DNA of 64,000 nucleotides from Cetorhinus maximus. Lineage: Eukaryota. The translations under genes were made by a program, and so were the position numbers. The stretch is from positions 58,032,001 through 58,096,000 of the forward strand of contig NC_135893.1 in assembly GCF_964194155.1 (NCBI RefSeq), in the 5' to 3' direction. Positions 23,395 through 35,918 of the stretch are shown here, piece by piece. How positions within the stretch are numbered: position 1 is the stretch's first letter; each line of letters starts with the position of its first letter. Under the pieces are notes generated by a model. That model ran no database searches and was not told the origin of the DNA. It saw only the letters and a program-made list of their open reading frames with translations.

Positions 23395-24716
23395 TAATAA
23401 GAATAGGGAAACTCTTGGGAAACGTGACCTATTATAGTAAAATCAGGTCTGCTAGAATTGGCAATTTCTCTAACAAGCCCAACCAAATTCTATACTCAGA
23501 TTGTAGACTGCTAGTCTACATTTGCCCTCTCCATTTCCAGCACCACATATTAGTATGTGGTCTGAATGTATTTATTTTCCCCCCCCACCCCAAAAAAAGA
23601 TGATGCAAACACTTCTGTTTAAAGCAAAAAAGGTTATGAGAAAGATGCTTAAAATATAAAATAAATGAGGTGTTGACAAGCCACCATATGGCCACCTTTA
23701 CATGCCTTGTCATACACAGTGCAAAAACATTATGATTAAATGTGTTTTAAAGTTGGCTATAGGTGGGTGTCATTCTTTTTGTCTTGGGGTGGAGGGGGTG
23801 GGCGGAGCAATATACAACACTCCCGTGATATTCCTGTTATACGGTATTTGTACGTAACTAGGGTAACCAGATGCAAGATCAACCAAACTTTTATTACTTA
23901 CCATTAGTTTTATTAACATTAAAACACTGCAGCTTTTACAAATAGAAATGCATAAAATCTTCCCGGCATACCTTCTGGTCAGCTTAACAGTCCATTTAGC
24001 CAAACTCAGCATCTTTGTCAGGGTTCTAGTCAATCTTTTAGTTTCCTTAAAATTGATATTGTTAAGCCTAAAAATGTTTCGGTGTTGTATGCAGCAAGCC
24101 CTGGATAACATTGAAGCTTGGGCTGCTAAATGGCAAGTAATGTTCTCGCTACACAAGTGCCAGGCAATGACCGTCTTCGCCTAGAGAGAAGCTAACCCTA
24201 TCCTGTTGACATTCATCCAGGCAAGCGTGGAGTATTCCATCAAACTCCTGACATGTATATGATGGGACAGATTTGGGGAGTCAGGAGGTGAGTTAGTTGC
24301 AGAATTCCCAGCCTCCGACCTGCTCTTCTAGCTGTTTGTATTTATGTGGCTGGCCCTGTTAAGTTTCTGATCCAGGGATCCCTGGATAGAATGAGCCACA
24401 GGCTTTACAGACTGCTGAAGTATTTTAGAAGGTTGGCACAACCAACGTGTGTTTGCACTTCCTGGCCAACCAGTGGATGTGAATGAACCTTAACAGACAC
24501 TGTTCACAAGGCAACAAAGGGGAAAATCAAAAGGAATGTAACACACAGTCACTCTCACAGTCTTCCTCCCACCCTTAAGAAAAGCTTCTCAGAACTTGTT
24601 ATGAGGCAGCAAATCCCAGTCTTGTCTGGGTGATACTGGAAGAAGACCAAGGTTCTCTGTTCAGTGTTTTTCAGAGCGTCAAATCTGTTGCTGGTGGGGC
24701 TGGAAGTCTTGAATGA

Positions 24717-24950
<234 letters not shown>

Positions 24951-25253
24951 TGAAGCTGTTCTCTTGATCTGTTGAATCTTTCTGTCCGCCTTATTGATTT
25001 GTACCCTGGCGCATGGTTTTGCACTCATGGATGGCCTCTTGGTACTGCGATCAAGTAGCTAATTGTCCAGTGGGAGCCCAGATACTTCTCAGCCTGTTCA
25101 ACCCTTGGGGCATCACAGACTCTCTAGTCCTATACCTGTCCTCTTCCAATGATGATATCGTGTTAAGCTCCATTTGCAATTTCTTGTAGGATGAAGCAGT
25201 TCCTGCTTACAGTAGACCTGGTTAACATTCAGGCTTAAGCTGCTAGTGGCAAG

Positions 25254-26160
25254 TATTATGATGCAGCGGATGATGTGTGCTAGGCAGATCAAATCCATGA
25301 GAGAAATTTGATCACACGGTCACAACTGTTTTGCAATTTGTATTTTATTCCAAGATGCGTGCCTTGAATTCAGAAATAATAGACTACTGCGACTTGAGGT
25401 TTTTCGAAAACTAAATTAAACATTTATTAACAAAAGGAAAGATTTCAAGCACATACGTAAGTCTACAAATTACTATTATAATAACTCCTAAAACCCCTAA
25501 CTAATCTGGCTCCCAGTTACAGCTCCGTTAAAGCAACAATAAAAATGAATAGATTTAGACAGACCCAGGCAAAGCAACATACTACCCTGGACAGTCGCAT
25601 TTAAAGTGAGTTTTCTCAGCTTTGGTTCCTTTAGACAGCAACTTGATGCACAGAGGCTAGAGGCTTTTCACACTTGTGTTAGATCTTAGGATGCCTTCCC
25701 TTCTGACACACAGCCTCATCTCCTTTATACATGTTTCTCTCTTTTTAATGCAAATTCCATTGTTCCCATATGTTTTTGCAACTTTACTTTTCTCATAATA
25801 TAAATCTTTCATAGTAGTAATTTTATCAGTAACCTTTGGGGAAAAATAAACACACTGTTTAGCTTAGCTTCTTCTGGCTAAGTGTAACATCTTATCATCT
25901 CTTTGAAATTCAAACTAACCTAATTTATCTAAGAATACAAATGTTCCTCACACCTCATATTCTAAAACTTCAGCCATGTTTATGCATTTAGCATTTCAAA
26001 CCTAACTACTTGTTGATACCTCAAAACCTCTAGACCAGCTGTCTCCAATTCAGTTAAATCCCCTCCTACACACACACACACAAACTAATTCAAATTCCAC
26101 TATTAACTCACTTTTACACTAAGTCACAATAATATTGAGAATTATTATATTTTCATGACA
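25254..26160 (-). mobile_element. Probable solo LTR (about 907 bp) splitting a CR1-group fragment in NDUFAB1 intron 3
   Basis: Minus strand starts TGTCATG; TATAAAGG (about 25725) precedes AATAAA (about 25425); host sequence ...gtggcaag| resumes as |aagtaaca...cacaagtgccag. Confidence 0.6.
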
Positions 26161-26857
26161 TAAAGTAACAGCTGTGCTACACAAGTGCCAGACAAGGACT
26201 GTCTCCAACAGTAGAGCACTGAACCACTTCCCCTTGACAATCAACAGCAGCACCATCAGTGACTCCCCCACCATTACATTTCTGCAGCCGGTGGGGTGCC
26301 GGGGTTGCCTTTAATCAGAAACTATCTGGATCGGCCACATAAACACTGGCTACAAGAACAGATCAGAGGCTGCATATTCTGTGGCGAGTGACTTGCCTCA
26401 CAACTCCCCAAAGCCTCTTCACTTATAAGACACAAGAGTGTAATGAAATATTCTCCACTTGCCTGGATGGCTGCAACTGCAACCACACTCGAGAAACTCA
26501 ACATCATCCAGGACCATCCACCACCTCCACTCCCTCCATCACTGGTACACCATGGCTGCAGTGTGTACCACCTACAAGATGCGCTGATGCAATCCTCCAA
26601 GGCTTCTTGGACACCATCTACCAAACCCGCAACCTCTACCATCTAGAAGGACAGGGGCAGCAGTTTATGCCAGGTGCAGAACAGATGCTGTAGATCTGTT
26701 AGTGTTACCCTGAACAGAGTTGATTCAAGCTGGTGACAAATAATACCTGAGGGCAGGTTGTTGAATGGCTTTATACCTGCAAAACTACCCAACAAATCCA
26801 TGGGTTACAATGTGAAAGGATTGGTGTGTGCCCAGTGTGGGATGTGAAGGCTGTTAA

Positions 26858-27010
<153 letters not shown>

Positions 27011-27779
27011 TCTTTTTCCCTGGAGACAAAAAAGGGTAAGAACTCGTCAGATGAGTACTAAAATGGAGGGGGAGCAGTGTGCACTTTCTCACAACTTGTG
27101 CCTTGTCACAATTTCATGATTTCTAATCGGGTAAGAACAGGATTGACTGGAATTGTTTTTTCTCTGATCTCCCTGGACTCAAAACTAGTGCACTGACACG
27201 TCATGTTGAGCCTTGTATCTGAAAAAGAATGGCTCTGAGTTGATGTTCGAGGGGTTGATGAGGGTGGGAGGGGGTTGATGCCCATGGAACTGCCCTGACT
27301 TCAGTCAATCTTCAGGGTAGAGGTGGGCACAGGGACCTCCCAATTGTGAGAGAAAAGCTTGTTGTATGAATCACTAAGCACATTGTCACAGTAAGTGGAC
27401 CCACAGCTGTGGTGTGGACAGGTGTTGGGAAGGCAGCAGCATCTGTCAGCACAAATCACTCATACAGGTGATGATGAAATCAAAGGTTTCCCTTATTCCC
27501 CCCCATCAGGAGGCACTACATCTTGTTAGGAGAAGGGACTTGATTGAATCCCACTGCCCTCACCCCCCAAACCTCCACAGTCTAAAGGACTGTTCCCTCT
27601 ATAAAGATCAGCTAACTCAGCATAGTCTGGAGTTCGAACCTGGGACTGAAGGAAGGCTACTTTATCCTAACCAGTACTGACATCACAGCTGATCAGTGAT
27701 GTCTTTTGATTTCCAGAAATGTTTTGGAAAAATTAGAAAAATATATATTAAATTCTGAAACCTGTTTTTGACTTTGCAG

Positions 27780-27960
27780 GTGCTTGTTGCTGGGAGCATG
27801 TGAAACACTCAATATGTGGGGGATCGCAAGTACTGCTTGAAGCATAAGTGCTGTTCTATGGTTTTTGTTGTCAGATTATGTTTGTTCAACCAGTGATATT
27901 TCAAGTTCTTGATCACTTGACTTCAGGAATGAATAAATTACTATTGGAGACTTGAGCCTG
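27780..27960 (+). other. NDUFAB1: NDUFAB1 non-coding 3'UTR exon with polyA signal
   Basis: acceptor ctttgcag|G at 27779/27780; AATAAA 27932-27937 followed by GT-rich sequence; end coordinate approximate. Confidence 0.75.
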
Positions 27961-29619
27961 GATGTGTGTCTGCTGTTTATTCACCAAGCCACTCCGATAC
28001 TCTTCCTCTCCATGAATTCTAGACTTCTGAGCATCGTTGGACATGCTTCTTCCTCGTTAGGAAGAGGCCATTCAGCCCTTTGAGTCTGTACCGTCTCTGC
28101 CATTCAGTGAGACAGTGGCGAATCTGTATCCGAATTCCATTTGCCTGCCTTGGCTCCATAATTCCTTAATATAGTTGGCAGGCAAAAATCTTGATCTTGG
28201 ATTTAAAAATGATAAATTGAGCTAGCATCTATTGCTTATTAATTGAACTGGCAACTATTGCTTTTTGTAGGAGACAGTTCCACATTTCAACCACCCTTTG
28301 TGTGAAGAAGTGTTTCTCAACTTCTTCCGAGTGGTCTGTCTGTAATTTTATTATGTCCCCTTGTCCTAGACTCAACCGCCATCAGATGAAAGTTTCTCTT
28401 CACCTACTTTCACTTCCTTTCAAAATTCTAAAAAAAACATCTCAATCAAATCACCCCTTAACTTCTATATTCCAAGCAATGCAAGCCCATTTTATTATTT
28501 TGTTATGAACTTAAGGTCAAGACCAGCCATGATCTAATTGAGTGGCAGAACAGGCTTGAGGGGCAGTATGGTCTCTTGTTTCTAATTAATCTTCAGCTGT
28601 CCCTGGCCTCTATGGAAGCAGCTGGTAGGGGAGAATTGAAGTTAGACTGCAGATGAAACTCCAGCCTCTTAATTTTCTTTCTTCTCTTCCTTGTTCATTT
28701 GACATCTTGCTTTTGAATTTGGTATTCACTACCAAATGAATTCACTCTGCTGCACTGTTAAATTCATGCCAGTTACAGTACTAAAGGCTGAGCCTCTGTC
28801 CACAGGGTATGCATGGTACTATTTGTAAAGTGAACATTAATCATTGAGCCATTTCAGCTCATTTTGCCAGTTTCATGCTTTGCCACCTAGTGATGTGTGG
28901 TACTAAACCATAAAAGAAATTGCATTTATATAGCACCTTTAATGTAGTTTCAAAAGTCCTAAGGTGCTTTGCAACAACATTAATTAGATAAAAATTGGCA
29001 CCAAGCCAAAAAAGGTGCCATGAGGACAAATGACCAAAAATTTGATCAAAGAGGTTGGTTTTAAAGAGTGGGAGCACAGGAAAGATGTTTCAGGAAGTGA
29101 TTTCAGAGCTTTACATAAAATTTACGTAAGGCTGTACAGCACAGAAAGAGGCCATTCCGCCCAACCAGTCCATGCTGTCCTTTATGTTCCATATGAGCCT
29201 CATCTAACACACTATCCTTTGATTTCTGTCTCCATTGTGTACTTATCTAGCTTAATCTTAATTGTATCTGTCATTTCCCTCAAACACTCCATGTGGTCGC
29301 GAGTTCCACATTCTAACCATTGTTTGAATTCCTTATTGGATTTATTAGTGACTATCTCATTTATGTCACCTCGTATTGGTCTCAAACACATGTGGCAAAT
29401 ATCTACAGCTAGCCCACGGAACCCCTTCAGAACTTCAAAGACCTCTATCAGATCACCCATTGGGCTACTCTCTATAGAAAACCTAAACCTATTCAGTCTT
29501 TCCTGGTAGTTATAACTTCTCAGTTCTGTTGTAAATCTTTTTTTTTCCCACCTCTAGTCCCTCTATATCCTTTCTGTGGTACGGAGTTCATAGCTTTCTC
29601 AGTCAAGAATCTGACACTC

Positions 29620-30800
29620 TTACGCTCACACTCCGCGAAAGTGGCAGGTTAGAAAATGGTCCTTGCAGAATAGCTATAGCACAATGAATTTAAGGGGAGG
29701 CAAGCAAAACGAGTTAGATAGAAATACAAACATGTATGTTTGCAGGCAGGAATCATTGTACCTGCAAATGTAAACTAATCTTAATTAGAAAGTGAAATTG
29801 TCACAGGCGAAGCCCGCCTTTCCGTAGGGGGTCACTGAGTAGCAAACAGGAACTGGAGTCTTATCCCGACTCCAGAACGACTCCTGGGTTCGGGATCCTG
29901 ATAAAATTGGCGGGCGCAGGCGAGGGAATCTCACGTCGTTTCCGTACTCTAGGTTTTGGCCGCATTGTGGCACGAGCGAGCAGCATTTTCAAGTATAATT
30001 CACCACACCCCAAATTCCCTCATGTATACCGCGCTTTACTGCTAATAGGCACTAAATTATCCTTTAATTTTCCCGGTTGGTTTATCTATCTATAGCGGGA
30101 CTAACTGCACAGCTCTCAAAGCTGGCACAGACACGATGGGCCGAATAGCTGCCTTCTGTGCTGTAAGATCGTTTTCCCTCAATTGCCTCTCCTCTGTCTC
30201 TTTCCCCCTCTCTTGGTCCGCGCTCTCTCTCCCCTCCCACTCCCTTTTCCCAATGCCACACTGGGTGTTGACTGTCCCCCACCCCCCTCAGACACGCGGG
30301 ATCTCTCCCATTTCCCTGACCGGCTCACAGACGGAAATCCTCTCCGGCTGCCTTCCAACCACAAGGTCTCAGATATCGGCAGCTCCGACCCATCCTCCTG
30401 CCGATAAATGCAGCTCCCAGGCCGGCTGCAGTTTGCTCCCCTCTCCCGGCACCTCGGCTTCTTCCACTCCAGCCTCTGGGCAGCAGCGGAGAGGCCGGAC
30501 TATGTTGGCTCGGGCCAGCTGGCTGCTGCTTCTCTCCAGCACAGGTATCCTCAGCATTCACTCCGACACTCAGGGACACAGAATGGCTTAGGAGCGGAGT
30601 GTAGGGAGATCTATCTATTCTGGGATTGTTTTGCATTATATTTATTACATCGCGTTCTATACTGTTATATTACAGAAATTATTGTATATTACTGTAAATT
30701 CTGCGTTGCATATTTATGGGGGTCCGGATGGCGCCTCACTGACCCTAGAAAGCTTCGTGTTTCGAAGTTGCCCTTCCAGCGGTGTAACAGGACTGACTCC
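29620..30800. promoter_or_regulatory. CpG-enriched region around the first exon of the unnamed mucin-like gene
   Basis: Visibly many CpGs against a CpG-depleted background; TATA-like GATAAAT near 30403, about 100 bp before the ATG. Confidence 0.45.
30502..30544 (+). CDS. Unnamed CUB-mucin-SEA-EGF-TM protein, exon 1 (signal peptide start)
   Basis: actATG; MLARASWLLLLSST+G; donor CAG|gtatcc; phase 1 joins the next exon to give signal peptide MLARASWLLLLSSTGFLLASVQP. Confidence 0.75.
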
Positions 30801-30849
30801 GAGAACTAACTGTGTTCAACAGGGCTTTCTGTCTCGCACTGAGTGTGTT

Positions 30850-33384
30850 TGTGTGTAACAGATCTCAGTGTTCCAGCTCTGACTGTGTGTATATAACAGG
30901 ACTGAGAGATCCCGGTGCTGACTGTGTGTGTATAACAGGACTGAGAGATCCCGGTGTTGACTCTGTATATAACAGGACTGAGAGTTCCCGGTGCTGACTC
31001 TGTCTGTATAACAGGACTGAGAGTTCCCGGTGCTGACTCTGTGTATAACAGGACTGAGAGATCTCGGTGCTGACACTGTGTGTTTAACAGGACTGAGAGA
31101 TCCCGGTGCTGACTCTGTATGTATAACAGGACTGAGAGATCTCGGTGTTGACTCTGTGTGTATAATAGTACTGAGAGTTCCTGGTGCTGACTCTGTGTAT
31201 ATAACAGGACTGAGAGTTCCCGGTGCTGACTCTGTGTATATAACAGGACTGAGAGATCCCGGTGCTGACTCTGTGTATAACAGGACTGAGAGATCTCGGT
31301 GCTGACTCTGTGTGTATAACAGGACTGAGAGATCCCAGTGCTGACTCTGTGTGCATTACAGGACTGAGAGATCTCGGTGCTGACTCTGTGCATATAACAG
31401 GACTGAGAGTTCCCGGTGCTGACTCTGTGTATAACAGGACTGAGAGTTCCCGGTGCTGACTCTGTGTGTATAACAGGACTGAGAGATCCCGGTGCTGACT
31501 CTGTGTGTATAACAGGACTGAGAGTTCCCGGTGCTGACTCTGTGTGTATAACAGGACTGAGAGATCTCGGTGCTGACTCTGTGTGCATTACAGGACTGAG
31601 TGTTCCCGGTGCTGACTCTGTGTATATAACAGGACTGAGAGTTCCCGGTGCTGACTATGAGTGTATAACAGGACTGAGAGTTCCAGCTCTGTGTGTATAA
31701 CAGGACTGAGAGATCCTGGTGCTGACTTTGTGTGTATAACAGGATTGAGAGATCCCGGTGCTGACTGTGTGTGTATAACAGGACTGAGAGCTCTTGGTGC
31801 TGACTCTGTGTATAACAGGACTGAGAGTTCCCAGTGCTGACTCTGTGTGTATAACAGGACTGAGAGATCCCGGTGCTGACTCTGTGTGTATAACAGGACT
31901 GAGAGATCCCGGTGCTGACTCTGTGTGTCTAACAGGACTGAGAGTTCCCGGTGCTGACTCTGTGTATAACAGGACTGAGAGATCCCGGTGCTGACTCTGT
32001 ATGTATAACAGGACTGAGAGATCTCGGTGCTGACTCTGTGTGTATAACAGGACTGAGAGATCCCGGTGCTGACTCTGTGTATATAACAGGACTGAGAGAT
32101 CCCGGTGCTGACTCTGTGTATATAACAGGACTGAGAGTTCCCAGTGCTGACTCTGTGTGCATAACAGGACTGAGAGCTCTTGGTGCTGACTCTGTGTGTA
32201 TAACAGGACTGAGAGTTCCCGGTGCTGACTCTGTGTGTATAACAGGACTGAGAGTTCCCGGTGCTGACTCTGTGTGTATAACAGGACTGAGAGATCTCAG
32301 TGCTGACTCTGTGTGTATAACAGGACTGAGAGATCCCGTGCTGACTCTGTGTGTATAACAGGACTGACAGTTCCCGGTGCTGACTCTGTGTATATAACAG
32401 GACTGAGAGTTCCCGGTGCTGACTCTGTGTATAACAGGACTGAGAGATCTCGGTGCTGACTCTGTGTGTATAACAGGACTGAGAGATCCAGCTCTGACTC
32501 TGTGTTTATAATAGGACTGAGAGTTCCAGCTCTGTGTGTATAACAGGACTGAGAGTTCCTGGTGCTGACTCTATGTATATAACAGGACTGAGAGTTCCAG
32601 CTCTGACTCTGTGTTTATAACAGGACTGAGAGTTCCAGCTCTGTGTGTATAACAGGACTGAGAGTTCCTGGTGCTGACTCTGTGTGTATAACAGGAATGA
32701 AAGTTCCCGGTGCTGACTCTTTGTGTATAACAGGACTGAGAGATCCCGGTGCTGACTTTGTGTGTTTAACAGGACTGAGAGATCCCGGTGCTGACTCTGT
32801 GTGTCTAACAGGACTGAGAGTTCCCGGTGCTGACTCTGTGTATAACAGGACTGAGAGATCTCGGTGCTGACTCTGTGTGTTTAACAGGACTGAGAGATCC
32901 CGGTGCTGACTCTGTATGTATAACAGGACTGAGAGATCTCGGTGCTGACTCTGTGTGTATAATAGTACTGAGAGTTCCCGGTGCTGACTCTGTGTATAAC
33001 AGGACTGAGAGATCTCGGTGCTGACTCTGTGTGTATAACAGGACTGAGAGATCCCGTGCTGTCTCTGTGTGTATAACAGGACTGACAGTTCCCGGTGCTG
33101 ACTCTGTGTATAACAGGACTGAGAGTTCCCGGTGCTGACTCTGTGTATAACAGGATTGAGAGATCTCAGTGCTGACTCTGTGTATAACAGGACTGAGAGT
33201 TCCCGGTGCTGACTCTGTGTATAACAGGACTGAGAGTTCCCGGTGCTGACTCTGTGTGTATAACAGGACTGAGAGTTCCCGGTGCTGACTCTGTGTGTAT
33301 AACAGGACTGAGAGATCCCGGTGCTGACTCTGTGTGTATAACAGGACTGAGAGATCCCGGTGCTGACTCTGTGTGCATAACAGG

Positions 33385-33420
<36 letters not shown>
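30850..33420. repeat. 39-bp minisatellite array (about 65 units) ending in (GT)n
   Basis: Unit ATAACAGGACTGAGAG(A/T)TC(C/T)CGGTGCTGACTCTGTGTGT with 37- and 32-bp variants. Confidence 0.97.
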
Positions 33421-33834
33421 CAGTACAGGATTGAGCATGTATATAACAGGTAATTAAAGGTCTCATGGGACTATTTCAAAGGAGAGTAGGGTAATTCTTC
33501 CTTGTGTCCTGGCCTAATATTTATTCTAAGGCCACCATTACTAGAACCAATTATCTGGTCAATATCATGTTGTTCTTTTTTGGGATTTTGCTATGTGCAA
33601 ACTGGCTGCCACGTTTCCCACATTACAACACTAACTACACTTCAAGAGTACTTTATTGTCTGTAAAGCACATTAGCGTGTCCTGAGATTTTAAAAGTCTA
33701 GGGTCATGGCTGAGTGGGTAGGTGAGCTATAGAAGGACAGCTATGGCTGAGGAACTGTAACATGGCAACAGCTGATGCCTTTAGGAGGGGAGGAGAATGG
33801 GATAAAGGAATAAACAAATACACAACAACAACAA

Positions 33835-34197
33835 TGACTTATATAGCGTCTTTAACATAGTGAAACGTATCAAGGTACATCACATGAACATTATCAAACA
33901 AAATTGACAGAGAAAGCCCCATAATGAGATAGCAGGATAGATGGCCAAAAGCTTGACCAAAGTGATAAGATTTAAGGAGTGTCTTAAAGGAGGAAAGATA
34001 GGCCGAGACGTTTAGGGAGGGAACTGCAGGGCTCAGGGCCTTGGCAGTGGAAAGCATGTCCATCAGTGGTGGCATGTTCAAGGGGCCAGAACTGGTGGAG
34101 CGCAGAGATCTCAGAAGCTTGTAGGGCTGGAGGAGGTTACAAAGATAGGGAGGCATGAAGCCATCAAAGGATTTTGACACAGGATGAGAATTTTATC
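33835..34197 (-). mobile_element. L2-type LINE 3' fragment
   Basis: Minus ORF PPYLCNLLQPY..LRSLRS...SSFKTLLKSY.F.QAF; tail gacgctatataa; related copies at 28915-29110, 35400-35718, 42050-42335 plus 42700-42753. Confidence 0.75.
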
Positions 34198-34251
34198 AGT
34201 ACAGAATTCAAACTTCTGAAATGAAATTAATCAGGGGTTTGTATCCTGCAG

Positions 34252-34632
34252 GATTTCTACTCGCTTCAGTGCAGCCGGACTGTGGTGGTGTTCTGCTGCC
34301 CAGTGTCACCAGTAGAACCCTACAGTATGCCCTACTGGTGACTGACTCCATCAATGGGACCACGTGCTCCTGGATTCTGCAAGCACCCTCTTCAGAGACT
34401 GTTGAGTTAGAGGTTATCTCATACCAGACGGTATCCTGGACAGACACCAGCTGCACCTCTGCTTATCTGGCCATCAAACTGGGGCCAACACAGAAGGAAA
34501 GACGGTTCTGTGACTCATTCAGGAGTATTCCTGAGGTTGGTAGAAAGCTAGTGATTCGAGGGAAAGGGCCGGGTGTTGTCACCCTGCAAGCAGCTTACGG
34601 CATGAAACAAGGATTCACCCTGCGGTACTCAG
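34252..34632 (+). CDS. Exon 2: CUB domain
   Basis: cctgcag|GA...TCAG|gtgagt; phase 1-1 module; DCGGVL...TCSWILQAP...VELEV...CTSAYLAI...RFCDS...QGFTLRYS follows the CUB pattern. Confidence 0.85.
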
Positions 34633-35918
34633 GTGAGTTGTGATACATTATAAACCACATGAGACATTTGGAACTGTTTACGGCCTTTCTCTTGAAAGTA
34701 GGTATGTGAATCTGTTTGTGCATATATATGTCTACATCTGTATTAACTGTGGGTGTCTCCCTGACTGTGTGTGACTCTTGTGTGTCCATATGTGTGTGTT
34801 TGTGTATCTGATTCTTAGAAACATGGAAAATTCTAGCACAGAAGGAGGCCATTCAGCCCATTGTGTCTCTGCCAGCCGAAACACAATTATCCCATCTAAT
34901 CCCACTTTCCAGCTCTTAATCTGTGGCTTTATGGGTTATGGCACTTCAAATGCAGGTTGAAGTAATTTTAAATATAAGGGTTTCTGCCTCAAACACCCTT
35001 TCAGACAGTGAATTCCAGACCCTCACAACCTTCTGGTTGAAAAAAACACTCCTTAATTCTCCCCTAATCTTTCTGCCAATTACTTTAAATCTATGCCACC
35101 TGGTTGTTGATCTTTCTGCTAAGGGGAACAGGTCCTTCCTATCCACGCTATCTAAGCCACTCACAATTTTATAGACCTCAATTAAATCTCCCCTCAACTT
35201 TCTCTGTTACAAAGAAAACAACCCCAGTCGATCCAATCTTTCCTCATAGTTAAAGATCTACATTTCTGACGACAACCTTATAATTCTTTTCTGTACCCTC
35301 TTTAGTGCAATCACATCCTTCCTGTAATACGATGACCAGAACAATATGCAGTACTCTAGCTGTGGCCTAACTAGTGATTTATATACAGAACCTTTTCTTT
35401 TGCTGTAACTTCCTCCGGCTCTAGGACTCCACGCCCAAGATATCTGCCCCTCCAATTTTGGCCACTTGCACACTCCCGATTTTTAATCATGCCACCATTG
35501 GCATGTGCCTTCAGACCCTAAACTGTGGAATTCCAACCATTAAACCTCTCTGCCTTGTTACCTCTTTCTCCCCTTAAGACAATCCTTAGAACCTACCTCT
35601 TTGACAAAGCTTTTGGTCATCTACCATATTATCTCCTAATGTGGCTTTTGTGTCAATTTTGATTGATAACGCTCCTCTGAAACGCCTTGGGATGCTCAAG
35701 GTGCTATATAAATGCAAACCGTGTGTTTTTCTGTTTCTGATTCTTGTCAGTCTGTCACTGTCTAGTATGTGGGTGTTGCTGCAATTCAATTTGTCAATCA
35801 AACATGGTGTGAGTGATGAGGGAACAATGCAGTTTGAGTAGTATTAAAATTCCAGCCGTGTATCTGAGTGCCAGGCTCTGCTGATGAAATTCCAATCACG
35901 TTTTGTTCTCATTCCTAG

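Noticed and set aside
30408-30809. 133-aa ORF from an upstream ATG as alternative start of the mucin-like gene
   Set aside because: Wrong phase at the 30544 donor for exon 2 and no signal peptide; may lie upstream of the TSS.
30850-33420. CRISPR-like array or repeat protein (ITGLRDPGADSVC ORFs)
   Set aside because: No unique spacers, no cas genes, eukaryotic intron; ORFs arise from the 39-bp period and frameshift at 37-bp units.
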